A DNA stretch of 64,000 nucleotides from Minisyncoccota bacterium. GTDB taxonomy: Bacteria; Patescibacteriota; Minisyncoccia; Phycocordibacterales; JABMNX01. Numbering within the stretch: the stretch's first letter is position 1; every line of letters begins with the position of its first letter. Below, in pieces: positions 37,651 through 46,889 of this stretch. The stretch lies in NCBI GenBank assembly GCA_040876885.1, contig JBBDOU010000008.1, positions 42,986 through 106,985 of the forward strand, written 5' to 3'. The translations under genes and the position numbers were made by a program. The notes under the pieces are model-generated. The model was given only the letters and a program-made list of their open reading frames with translations. It was not told the origin of the DNA and ran no database searches.

Positions 37651-38310
37651 ATGGCTCAAGCAGACACAAAAGCTTCACAAGATTTTGTTCCCGTTCAGGA
37701 AATACGGGATGGTATTGTGGTGTTGAAAGACGGCTCACTTCGGGGAATTCTGCTTGCATCATCCATAAACTTCGCACTTAAGTCTACCGACGAACAAAAT
37801 GCCGTTGTTTCTCAATTTCAAAATCTTTTGAACTCACTAGAATTTTCAATACAAATATCTATACAGTCACGAGAACTCGACATCAGACCGTACGTGGCGC
37901 TTTTAGAAAAACAGCTCGAAAACAACACTAATGATCTTATGCAAATCCAAATACGAGAGTACATAGAGTTCGTAAAGAATTTTGTTGATGTCTCTAGTAT
38001 CATGACTAAAAATTTCTTTATTGTTGTTCCATACCAAAAACCCGCACTACAGTCGATGGGCACTAACCCTGTTTCAAAATTATTTGGGAAGACAAACACA
38101 GCTCAAGAAGACTCAGCAAATTTTGAAGAGGCTGTTTCACAACTCGAACAAAGAATGTCAGTCGTCGAGCAAGGACTTGCTCGCTCAGGAGTACGAACCC
38201 TTCGATTAGGTACCGAAGAAGTGATAGAGCTTTACTATAAGATTTTCAATCCTGGAGAGCAGGAAAAACCAATTAATCTTAACCAAGAGAGTATAATGCA
38301 ACAACAGTAA
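37651..38310 (+). CDS. Soluble T4SS-associated protein, unknown function
   Basis: 219 aa, no TM helix; translationally coupled between the VirB3-like and VirB4 genes (1-nt gaps). Confidence 0.4.
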   Translation: MAQADTKASQDFVPVQEIRDGIVVLKDGSLRGILLASSINFALKSTDEQNAVVSQFQNLLNSLEFSIQISIQSRELDIRPYVALLEKQLENNTNDLMQIQIREYIEFVKNFVDVSSIMTKNFFIVVPYQKPALQSMGTNPVSKLFGKTNTAQEDSANFEEAVSQLEQRMSVVEQGLARSGVRTLRLGTEEVIELYYKIFNPGEQEKPINLNQESIMQQQ

Positions 38311-38311
38311 T

Positions 38312-40141
38312 ATGGCACTTCTAGACTTTTTCAGAAAAAATAAAAGAGAAGTAAGTAGTGACATCGTTCCTATTCTTCCTGAGGAAATTTATCGAGCAGG
38401 AGCGCTTGAACTTAAAGACATTATCGCTCCCTCGGCGCTAAAGATAACTCCAAAAGAGCTCCACCTAGGGGACAAAATTGCACGTACATTCTTTGTTATA
38501 TCCTACCCAAGATTCTTGAACAGTAGCTGGTTTTCTCCTGTTATTAACCTCGATAAAGTATTCGACATATCTATCACCGTACATCCCATAGATACTGCGG
38601 GAGTCCTCCGTAAATTTCAGAAAAAAGTTGCAGAAATCCAAAGCCAGATAATAAGCAGAGAAGAGAAAGGACTCGTGCGTGACCCAAAGCTTGATACCGC
38701 CCACCAAGACCTTGAACAACTTCGTGAACAGCTCCAGCAAGCACAGGAGAAGATATTTGATGTGGGTCTTTATATAACAATTTATGGAAACTCAGTAGAG
38801 GAATTAGACAAAACAGAATCAGAAATCAAATCTATGCTCGAGTCGAAACTCATTTACCTTAAACCAGCACTCTTCCAACAAGAGCAAGGATTTCTAAGTG
38901 TCCTTCCCTCAGGAACCGATAAGCTTATGGTCCATTCAAAGCTAAACTCAGCACCTCTTTCAAGTATCTTTCCGTTTGTATCTTTCGACTTAACCTCAGA
39001 CAAAGGAATCCTCTACGGAATAAACCGCCACAACTCAAGTCTGGTACTCTTTGACCGATTCTCTCTTGAAAACTATAACTCAGTAACCTTTGCTAAGTCT
39101 GGTTCTGGTAAGTCATATGCAACAAAACTCGAAATCCTTCGTACGCTTATGTTTGACACGGAAGTCATTGTCATCGACCCTGAGCGAGAATATGAATACA
39201 TGGCAGAAGCAACAGGGGGGAGGCACTTTAATATTTCTTTAAGCTCAGAACACCACATCAATCCATTTGATTTACCGACTCCACGAGAAGATGAAAACCC
39301 TTCAGACATATTGCGCTCAAACATTATCACGCTTGTTGGACTCTTCCGTATTATGCTTGGTGGACTCACTCCAGAAGAAGACGCAATAATTGATAGGGCG
39401 ATAACTGAAACGTACGCACTAAAAGACATCACCGCTCAATCAGACTTTAGCAACGTAGAGCCTCCACTTCTTTCTGATTTTGAAATGGTTCTTGGTGGCA
39501 TGGAAGGAAGTGAGTCTCTTGTACAGCGACTCTCTAAATACACCCGAGGAACATGGTCTGGCTTTATCAACCAACCAACCAACGTTGATATCAATAAAAA
39601 ATTCGTCGTGTTCTCTGTTCGAGACATGGAGGACGATCTTAAGCCAGTTGCAATGTACATTGTGACGCACTTTATATGGAATATGGTCCGAAAAGAACTT
39701 AAAAAGAGGCTCCTTGTCATCGACGAGGCGTGGTGGATGATGAAATCAGAAGACACCGCTTCGTTCCTGTTTAGTATTGCTAAGCGTGGTAGGAAGTACT
39801 ACCTGGGACTTGCTACTATCACGCAGGACGTGAGTGACTTCCTAAGCTCACCCTATGGGCTTCCGATGATCAGCAACTCTTCAATACAGATGCTTATGAA
39901 GCAGTCTCCAACCTCAGCTGACCTGGTACAAGAAACCTTTAAACTTAGTGACGAAGAGAAATATCTCCTCCTTGAGTCTGATGTTGGAGAGGGGATATTC
40001 TTTGCGGGACTTAAACATGTCGCTATTAAGGTTATCGCTTCATACACTGAAGACCAGATTATAACTTCAGACCCATCTCAAGTCCTCGCAATACGGAAAA
40101 ATAAAGAAGTTCTGAGACAACAAAAGGGATCCGCAACGTAA
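38312..40141 (+). CDS. virB4: VirB4/TrbE/ConE-family type IV secretion ATPase
   Basis: N-terminal ...YPRFL... domain, Walker A FAKSGSGKSYATK, Walker B LLVIDEAWWMM, C-terminal IATITQ-type motif region. Confidence 0.85.
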   Translation: MALLDFFRKNKREVSSDIVPILPEEIYRAGALELKDIIAPSALKITPKELHLGDKIARTFFVISYPRFLNSSWFSPVINLDKVFDISITVHPIDTAGVLRKFQKKVAEIQSQIISREEKGLVRDPKLDTAHQDLEQLREQLQQAQEKIFDVGLYITIYGNSVEELDKTESEIKSMLESKLIYLKPALFQQEQGFLSVLPSGTDKLMVHSKLNSAPLSSIFPFVSFDLTSDKGILYGINRHNSSLVLFDRFSLENYNSVTFAKSGSGKSYATKLEILRTLMFDTEVIVIDPEREYEYMAEATGGRHFNISLSSEHHINPFDLPTPREDENPSDILRSNIITLVGLFRIMLGGLTPEEDAIIDRAITETYALKDITAQSDFSNVEPPLLSDFEMVLGGMEGSESLVQRLSKYTRGTWSGFINQPTNVDINKKFVVFSVRDMEDDLKPVAMYIVTHFIWNMVRKELKKRLLVIDEAWWMMKSEDTASFLFSIAKRGRKYYLGLATITQDVSDFLSSPYGLPMISNSSIQMLMKQSPTSADLVQETFKLSDEEKYLLLESDVGEGIFFAGLKHVAIKVIASYTEDQIITSDPSQVLAIRKNKEVLRQQKGSAT

Positions 40142-40153
40142 ACACATTTTAGT

Positions 40154-40543
40154 ATGTCTGACACCAAAGGCTTCAACCCAAGAATATCTAATCTCCTAGC
40201 AGTAGTACTTATCACTATTGCTATTTTCGTTGATATCACACAAGCCTTACTGAGCGTTATTGGATTTTTAATCTTGGGAGTTGCATTAAACACACTAATA
40301 TCTGCATGCATGACCATGTTTTTTGGTATAGTATTTATTATGAACGGTGTTTCTTTTTTCAGTTCACGACGACTTGCTGTAACAGGTACAGCGCTCCTTA
40401 TTGAGGCGATACCGCTCCTTAACAATCTTCCTACCTGGACCATGTACACAGTAGTCGCGGTAAAGAACGTACGAAAAGAAGACAAGGAGCGGTGGCTAGA
40501 AAAAAACAGCAGCGCGTACAAAAAAGGAAGCTTCACTCAATAA
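40154..40543 (+). CDS. Small membrane protein (3-4 TM), unknown function
   Basis: 129 aa, hydrophobic, within the cluster. Confidence 0.5.
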   Translation: MSDTKGFNPRISNLLAVVLITIAIFVDITQALLSVIGFLILGVALNTLISACMTMFFGIVFIMNGVSFFSSRRLAVTGTALLIEAIPLLNNLPTWTMYTVVAVKNVRKEDKERWLEKNSSAYKKGSFTQ

Positions 40544-40569
40544 AATAAAACTACAAACGCAATCTAACT

Positions 40570-41598
40570 ATGCTTAAAAAACTTTACAAAAAAACCCTCC
40601 TTTTCATTACCCCACTTCTCTTAGTTGCACCTTTTTTTGTTTCAGCACAGATTATTCCTGATTTTGGAAGTACATTACTGCTTACTATTACACCAACATA
40701 CCCAAGTCCAGAAGAAGGCGTCACTGTTTCTATAGAAAGTTTTTCCGCAGACTTACATAATTCAAATATTTCATGGTTTTTGGATACCAAGCTCGTACAA
40801 GAAGCTGTCGGCATCACCTCTTTTACTTTTACCGCAGGGGCCTTGGGGAGCCCGACAAGAATTGACGTTGTCGCACAAGAGCCAGGAGCTCCACTTTTGA
40901 GCGAAACGGTCTATGTCCGCCCAACAGATATGGATATCCTCTGGCAAGGGGATACATTCACACACCCGCTCTACAGAGGGAAACGTCTCCCCACAACAGG
41001 AAGTGCAATTAACGTTGAAGTTATCCCTCATTTTATAAATGAGTTTGGGAGGAAGTTTGCAACAAGTGAACTGACATACGTATGGAGCGTTGAAGGTAAA
41101 AAACTAACCCACGCGTCCGGACGAGGAGAAAACACAATAACGATAACCCAAAACAAGCCAATAAAAAATATACCCATTGAGATTGAGGTAGCGTCTCCAG
41201 ACGGGCTCATCACAAGAAAAGAATCACTGCAAATACCAATAGAAACCAGCGCGTTACATATTTATGAAAACAACCCACTTCTTGGGATTCTTTTCAATAA
41301 AGCAGTAAACAGTCTATACTCATTAGTAGGGCAAGAAACCAATTTTATAGCCTATCCTTTCTTTATGTCCGCTGTTGATAGAAATGATTCATCCCTTCAG
41401 TACTCGTGGAGTCTTGATGGGAAACCAATCACCTTAGGAGAAGATACAGGAAGTATCACCGTCAGTCACGAAGGAGGGGTGCGCGGAACCGCCTTAATTA
41501 AAGTCGGTGCGCGTAACACTAAAGAAATTTTTCAAAAAAGTGACGTGGAGTTTAGTATAGAGTTTGGTAACAGTCCTTCGTCAGGTTTCAGTTTTTAA
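40570..41598 (+). CDS. Secreted protein, unknown function
   Basis: Signal peptide (LLLVAPFFVSAQ); about 310-aa mature beta-rich domain. Confidence 0.55.
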   Translation: MLKKLYKKTLLFITPLLLVAPFFVSAQIIPDFGSTLLLTITPTYPSPEEGVTVSIESFSADLHNSNISWFLDTKLVQEAVGITSFTFTAGALGSPTRIDVVAQEPGAPLLSETVYVRPTDMDILWQGDTFTHPLYRGKRLPTTGSAINVEVIPHFINEFGRKFATSELTYVWSVEGKKLTHASGRGENTITITQNKPIKNIPIEIEVASPDGLITRKESLQIPIETSALHIYENNPLLGILFNKAVNSLYSLVGQETNFIAYPFFMSAVDRNDSSLQYSWSLDGKPITLGEDTGSITVSHEGGVRGTALIKVGARNTKEIFQKSDVEFSIEFGNSPSSGFSF

Positions 41599-41601
41599 TA
41601 C

Positions 41602-42111
41602 ATGGTAAAAATGCACATCCATAAAAAAACATTTTCAAAAATAGGCCATCTCGCAACCTTTTCTTTTGTGTTTCTTTTATTACCTATACTTGTGTTCGGG
41701 GCAGGTGAAGCATTTGTTCCCCTTACTGATGGAGGGATTCCTGGCGTATCATCTGGTGTTGAGTTCAAAGACTTCTTAAACGCAGTATTTAAGCTCGGCC
41801 TTGCTATTGCAGTGACGCTTGCGGTTATTATGATAACTGTAGGAGGTTTAGAGTACATGACCACAGATTCTGTAAATAATAAGAGTTCCGGGAAAGAAAA
41901 GATACAAAATGCACTTATGGGGCTCCTGATTGCTCTCATGATTTGGATTATTCTCTTTACTATCAACCCAAATCTCCTCAATATTGATTTAAAAATAGGT
42001 ACCGGCAGTGGAGCGCCTACTGATTACGAGTTGGAAGATTATAGTTCAATACCTACGACAAATTTACGTGGAGGTAATGTACTAGACTACGAGGGAGACG
42101 CGTACCCTTAA
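41602..42111 (+). CDS. VirB2/TrbC-like putative pilin
   Basis: Signal peptide, then two hydrophobic helices separated by a short polar loop (LGLAIAVTLAVIMITVGGL ... ALMGLLIALMIWIILFTI); topology-only call. Confidence 0.35.
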   Translation: MVKMHIHKKTFSKIGHLATFSFVFLLLPILVFGAGEAFVPLTDGGIPGVSSGVEFKDFLNAVFKLGLAIAVTLAVIMITVGGLEYMTTDSVNNKSSGKEKIQNALMGLLIALMIWIILFTINPNLLNIDLKIGTGSGAPTDYELEDYSSIPTTNLRGGNVLDYEGDAYP

Positions 42112-42152
42112 AGAATCTTTACGGAGACCTTTTTAATACAGTAAACAAGATT

Positions 42153-43340
42153 ATGACCACTCAAAGAAAAATCCTTACACTTATCATTATTGTTTTTATA
42201 CTTATTATTGGTGGGCTATTCTTTTTGTACCAATCGTTTGTACAAACAGACACAGAGCCCACTGGAAATGGCACTGGGGGTACGGGGAGCGGAGGAAGTA
42301 TACTATTTCCAAATACTGGACAAGGAGAGACATCAGGAATAGGTACCACAACAGGACCGTCTTCAATAGCAACACTACGGCAAATATCAAGTGTTCCAGT
42401 TTCGGGTGCAGTAATATTTACGGACGAGGAGACTGCTGTAATTAGGTACGTTGAACGCTCGTCTGGTCATATATTTGAAACAACCAGCACATCATTGGAG
42501 CTAAATCGCATATCTAATACGACTATACCTCGAATTCAAAGAAGTTTCTGGGCGCCAGACGGTAGTACGGTTATCTTGCAATACTTAGATGAAAATGAAA
42601 CTCTTAAAAGTTTTTATGGAAAGGTGGCACCTGAAACTGGTGCGCTTGAAGGATGGTTTCTTGGAAATAATATCTCTGATGTAGCAGTAGCTCCTGACGG
42701 AGATATGCTCTATGTACAGAAGATTGGTGGTGGAGTGCAGGGGATTATCTCTAATTTTGATGGAACTAATAGCGCTACTATATTTTCATCCACCCAGCGT
42801 GACTGGCGTCCATTGTGGATGGGTAAAGAAGTAACCTTCACTACAAATCCAGCACGAGATATCACTGGGTTTATGTATCAAATACAAAAAGGGGAGTATA
42901 AAAAAATTCTTTCGCGTGATGGGTTGATTACTAATATAAACCCCGATGGTGGAAATATACTCTTCTCGTTAAGTAATTCTAGAGAAACAAATCTCTTTGT
43001 ATACAATCAAAAAACAAAAGAAACTGTCGAGGTCCCTTTTAGAACCTTAGCTGAAAAATGTGCGTGGTCTGGCAACACCGTTGTCTTCTGCGCTTCACCC
43101 CACAGAGTTACAGAAGGGATTGTCCCTGACGACTGGTACAAGGGATCCCTTTCATTTTCTGATGACATTTGGTCATATAACACTGAAACAGACGAAGCAC
43201 AGTTGGTGTATGACGCGCTTTCTAATGAGCAAATATTTGACGCTATAAACCTCCGCATCGACAGCGAAGGAAAAGTACTGCTCTTTACTGATAAAAATAA
43301 CCTAACTCTCTGGGCCCTTTCTCTTAAGGAGCGCCTATAA
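42153..43340 (+). CDS. Membrane-anchored protein with Gly-rich linker and beta-rich ectodomain, unknown function
   Basis: N-terminal TM helix (ILTLIIIVFILIIGGLFFLY); GTGGTGSGGS linker. Confidence 0.5.
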   Translation: MTTQRKILTLIIIVFILIIGGLFFLYQSFVQTDTEPTGNGTGGTGSGGSILFPNTGQGETSGIGTTTGPSSIATLRQISSVPVSGAVIFTDEETAVIRYVERSSGHIFETTSTSLELNRISNTTIPRIQRSFWAPDGSTVILQYLDENETLKSFYGKVAPETGALEGWFLGNNISDVAVAPDGDMLYVQKIGGGVQGIISNFDGTNSATIFSSTQRDWRPLWMGKEVTFTTNPARDITGFMYQIQKGEYKKILSRDGLITNINPDGGNILFSLSNSRETNLFVYNQKTKETVEVPFRTLAEKCAWSGNTVVFCASPHRVTEGIVPDDWYKGSLSFSDDIWSYNTETDEAQLVYDALSNEQIFDAINLRIDSEGKVLLFTDKNNLTLWALSLKERL

Positions 43341-43793
43341 TTCAGTGTACTGTAAAACAACCCTCCGCAGTCTCCCTTCACCAACAGAAGTGGTTTCTAT
43401 ATGTGCATTTTTTGTAAAAAGAGAGTGTATAACCATCCTTTCGTACGCATTCATTGGCCCTAGCTCTACATTTCGTTTAAATGCGCGCGCCCTTTCAGCA
43501 AGAAGTAGTGCGCTTGTTTCTAAGTCTTGTAATTTTTTTTCTTGATAGCTATTAATGTCTATTAAAAACTGTTCCTCCTTTCCTATTTCTTTAAAAAGTA
43601 TGCCCTTAATAAGGTGATTCAGTGCTTGTATAATTTCACTTAATGTCTCGTCAGTTAACACCCTGTCTTTTGTTTTTATTGAAAAAATAGGATGAAGCAC
43701 ATGAGGTTTAATCTCAATAGCATCAGGAATAATGTCTAACCTCTCTAAAAATTTTCTGATTCCTTCTTCAATTTTTTCGTGAGTATCCATCAT
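43335..43793 (-). CDS. jag: Jag/KhpB R3H-domain RNA-binding protein
   Basis: R3H motif LGPMNAYERMVIHSLF; conserved position downstream of yidC. Confidence 0.8.
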   Translation of the reverse strand: MMDTHEKIEEGIRKFLERLDIIPDAIEIKPHVLHPIFSIKTKDRVLTDETLSEIIQALNHLIKGILFKEIGKEEQFLIDINSYQEKKLQDLETSALLLAERARAFKRNVELGPMNAYERMVIHSLFTKNAHIETTSVGEGRLRRVVLQYTEL

Positions 43794-43805
43794 TTGTTAT
43801 TATCA

Positions 43806-44567
43806 TTACGTCTGCGCTATGTCTGATGTCCCGTCTTTAATTTCAGCACTCTGTACCATGCGTTTTCGTACAAAGATTTCCTGGAGAATTGCAAAAATAT
43901 TACTGGTTGTCCAATACAGTGCTATCGCAGCTGAGATTGAATACGAAATCACCCCAATAATAACGGGGAGCACGTACCGCATTTGTATCTGCATACTTCT
44001 TGCTAAATCATTTTTAAATGACTGCTCTTTATTTTTAGTATCAAACTTAGGAAAAGAAATCCGCGTATGGATAAATTGAGTAACCCCGGCGAGAACTGCG
44101 AGGACAATACTCTTACCTGCCATATCAACAAAACCAATAAAATTCATATTCACCATATCCGGAACGCTGACAAATGAATATAAGATGTCCGCATTAATTT
44201 CAGGAAACCCTCCTTTAAAAAACACCCAATACAATCCGAAAATAATCGGGAGTTGTATAAGAAGCGGTAAAATCATAGCGAACGGATTAATCCTCTTTTC
44301 CTTATACAGAGCCATCGTCTTTTGCGCTTGCTCTTGTTTATTGTCTTTGTACGTCTCTCTGATCTCTTCGAGTTCTGGTTTAACCGCGTTCATCATGATT
44401 TGTGAACGGATTGCACTCTGCGCAAGCGGGAGGAGGATGAGCTTCACTCCTATCGTCAAAATAACCACCGCGATACCCATATCAGCGTAGGGGATATGGT
44501 TTATAAGGAAGACGAGACTGTTATACAGTGGATCATAAATCACTGTGGAAAAAAGATATGAAAACAT
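43806..44567 (-). CDS. yidC: Membrane protein insertase YidC (short form)
   Basis: 253 aa; five TM helices; conserved rnpA-yidC-jag order. Confidence 0.88.
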   Translation of the reverse strand: MFSYLFSTVIYDPLYNSLVFLINHIPYADMGIAVVILTIGVKLILLPLAQSAIRSQIMMNAVKPELEEIRETYKDNKQEQAQKTMALYKEKRINPFAMILPLLIQLPIIFGLYWVFFKGGFPEINADILYSFVSVPDMVNMNFIGFVDMAGKSIVLAVLAGVTQFIHTRISFPKFDTKNKEQSFKNDLARSMQIQMRYVLPVIIGVISYSISAAIALYWTTSNIFAILQEIFVRKRMVQSAEIKDGTSDIAQT

Positions 44568-44603
44568 GAGGCAATTTTAACGCACTCACCCATCTTCCAC
44601 AAC

Positions 44604-44909
44604 TTATATTTTTTTTATGAGATAACTAATTTCTTCACGCAACTCTTTTTTTGATATGTCTTGTGCGCCTTTTTTTGTATAAAAAATAGCTTCTATAGGA
44701 TAAGGAGCTACTTCTTCAAATAAACCCCGCACACGTCTTCTCAGGAGGTTTCTCGCGGTAGCGTGTTTTATAGTCTTTTTTGAAATAACGACCCGAACCT
44801 GTGTTTTTTTAACACCGAGCTTCACCGCCCGTAATGAAAGGTGTGGGGAACTAAATAAACCGCCTGATTTCATGACGGTTTTAAAAAATGTCTCTGTTTT
44901 TTCTCTCAT
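44604..44909 (-). CDS. rnpA: Ribonuclease P protein component
   Basis: 101 aa basic protein; RNLLRRRVRGLF motif; immediately downstream of rpmH. Confidence 0.85.
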   Translation of the reverse strand: MREKTETFFKTVMKSGGLFSSPHLSLRAVKLGVKKTQVRVVISKKTIKHATARNLLRRRVRGLFEEVAPYPIEAIFYTKKGAQDISKKELREEISYLIKKI

Positions 44910-44915
44910 GAGGCT

Positions 44916-45050
44916 TTATACAGTAAGACTCGCTCGTCCCTTTTGACGGCGTCTTTTAAGGACATTTTGACCAGTTGAGGTTGCAGCTCGACCCAAAAAA
45001 CCATGGGCTCGTTTGCGCTTCCTGTTTTTAGGATTGTATGTTTGTGACAT
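44916..45050 (-). CDS. rpmH: 50S ribosomal protein L34
   Basis: Minus-strand [47 protein letters not shown] (44 aa), missed by the track; the track ORF 44906..45088 is a different frame. Confidence 0.85.
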   Translation of the reverse strand: MSQTYNPKNRKRKRAHGFLGRAATSTGQNVLKRRRQKGRASLTV

Positions 45051-45322
45051 AAGGACGTTAGTATACGATACAATGACACACTTTTCAAGGAAAACGTACC
45101 AGCGCTCTAAAAACCAGCTTTAGTAAGAATATTGGTCCCTTCACAACCACCTAAAGGGGTGCGTATCTTCCTATACACAATTTATACACAACTTATGAAC
45201 ATAATCATTCAAAGTGCACAAGTTCTATCATCTCCCCACTTCTATATAATAAGGATTATATATTTTTATATGCCTGATTTCTAAACTAGGCATAAAAATA
45301 CTTATGGAGTAACTACGATACT
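45051..45322. promoter_or_regulatory. oriC-proximal DnaA-box region and dnaA promoter region
   Basis: Degenerate DnaA boxes CTATACACA (45171) and TTATACACA (45182); tgtgggaat immediately at the dnaA start; rpmH-dnaA divergent arrangement. Confidence 0.5.
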
Positions 45323-46675
45323 GTGGGAATAAAACAACTTTGGGAAAATACACTTGTCGATATTGAACTGAGTATTTCAAAAGCAAACTTTAGTACTTGG
45401 TTTAAAAACACATCTATTCATAAAATAGATTCTGGTGTTGTGTATTTAGGGGTTCCTAATCAATTTGTTAAAGACTGGCTCTCAAATAAGTACCATAAAG
45501 ACATTTTAAAGACACTACGAAGTTTTTCTACAGAGGTGCGCGGTCTTGAATATATTATCTCTAAGGACCAAAAAGGCGCCCTCCATAAAAACCCCACGTC
45601 TGTAAAAGAATTTAACCAAAACTCAGTGGGGGAGCTCCCACTTGATGATTTTTATATTAATAAAAACGATAACTTAAACCCCCGGTATACATTTGATACA
45701 TTTGTAGTGGGGCCTTTCAATCAGCTTGCACACGCGGCAGCTCAGGTTATTACACAAAAACCAGGTATTGTGTACAACCCACTCTTTATTTATGGTTCGA
45801 CGGGACACGGTAAGACCCACCTTATACAATCAGTAGGGAATTATATTAAAAAAGTTAACCCAAATAGAAAAGTATTCTATGTAACCTCTGAACGGTTCGC
45901 GGTTGATTATCTTAATTCAGTTCAGGAAGGGAAAGCAAACACTTTTAAAGAGAAGTACCGACAATATGACGTTCTTATTATGGACGATATACAATTCCTC
46001 TCTGATAAAGAGAAGACCCAAGAGGAACTATTCCATTTATTTAATGCGTTATACGACAACAATAAGCAAATAATTTTTTCTTCTGATAAACACCCTAACT
46101 ACATTCCAGGGCTTGAAGACAGGCTAAAATCACGGTTTAACGCTGGTATGATTGCGGATATCCCTGCACCAGATCATGAGTCACGTATGGCGATTCTGAA
46201 ATCTAAAACTGCACAGAATAATTTTCTACTCCCTGATGACTTAGTTTCGTATATTTCAAGTGAGGTTCAGGGGAATATTAGAGAGTTAGAAGGTGTCTTA
46301 AACTCAATAATTTTTCAATCACAAGTAAAAGGGAGAATCCCCAACCAAACAGAAATTCGGGCGATTATTAAAAACAGCTCTAAACCTAAAAAATCAGTAT
46401 CAGCAAAAGATGTGATTAAAAAGATTGCTGATTTTTATGAAATAAACGAAAACAGTATCTACGAAAAGACTCGAAAAAAAGAAATTGTTAAACCAAGACA
46501 GCTAATTATGTATATCTTGCGAGAAGATTTTGGTGTGTCTTATCCAAGTATTGGAGAAAAATTAGGAGGAAGAGACCACACAACAGTAATACACTCTTGT
46601 GAGAAAATTAAAAACGACCTAAAAACAAACCCGACCCTTGGGCAGGAGATAGACCAAATACGGGCATTGTTATAA
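45323..46675 (+). CDS. dnaA: Chromosomal replication initiator DnaA
   Basis: Walker A GSTGHGKTHL, AAA+ sensor motifs, C-terminal DNA-binding domain. Confidence 0.95.
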   Translation: MGIKQLWENTLVDIELSISKANFSTWFKNTSIHKIDSGVVYLGVPNQFVKDWLSNKYHKDILKTLRSFSTEVRGLEYIISKDQKGALHKNPTSVKEFNQNSVGELPLDDFYINKNDNLNPRYTFDTFVVGPFNQLAHAAAQVITQKPGIVYNPLFIYGSTGHGKTHLIQSVGNYIKKVNPNRKVFYVTSERFAVDYLNSVQEGKANTFKEKYRQYDVLIMDDIQFLSDKEKTQEELFHLFNALYDNNKQIIFSSDKHPNYIPGLEDRLKSRFNAGMIADIPAPDHESRMAILKSKTAQNNFLLPDDLVSYISSEVQGNIRELEGVLNSIIFQSQVKGRIPNQTEIRAIIKNSSKPKKSVSAKDVIKKIADFYEINENSIYEKTRKKEIVKPRQLIMYILREDFGVSYPSIGEKLGGRDHTTVIHSCEKIKNDLKTNPTLGQEIDQIRALL

Positions 46676-46889
46676 ATAAAAACATGTTCATTGACTGTGG
46701 AAAAAAAGTTAATATATAAAAAGTAATCAACAAGAGTATTATGAAAAAAGAAACCTATAAAATAAAATCAACTTTTTATACACACGTTGTTGGTAAATTA
46801 TTTAACAGAATATACTTATTTATAAACATTAAAAATACTTTTCAACATATACACAGTACTAATAGTAATAATAAATTATATATACATAT
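46676..46889. promoter_or_regulatory. AT-rich dnaA-dnaN intergenic region; candidate DNA-unwinding element of oriC
   Basis: About 80% A+T with a further TTATACACA box (46777) and tgtggaaaa. Confidence 0.45.

Noticed and set aside
44906-45088. 60-aa minus-strand track ORF ([10 protein letters not shown]...)
   Set aside because: It is in a different frame from the real rpmH (L34), which is the 44-aa ORF at 44916..45050. The track ORF is spurious.
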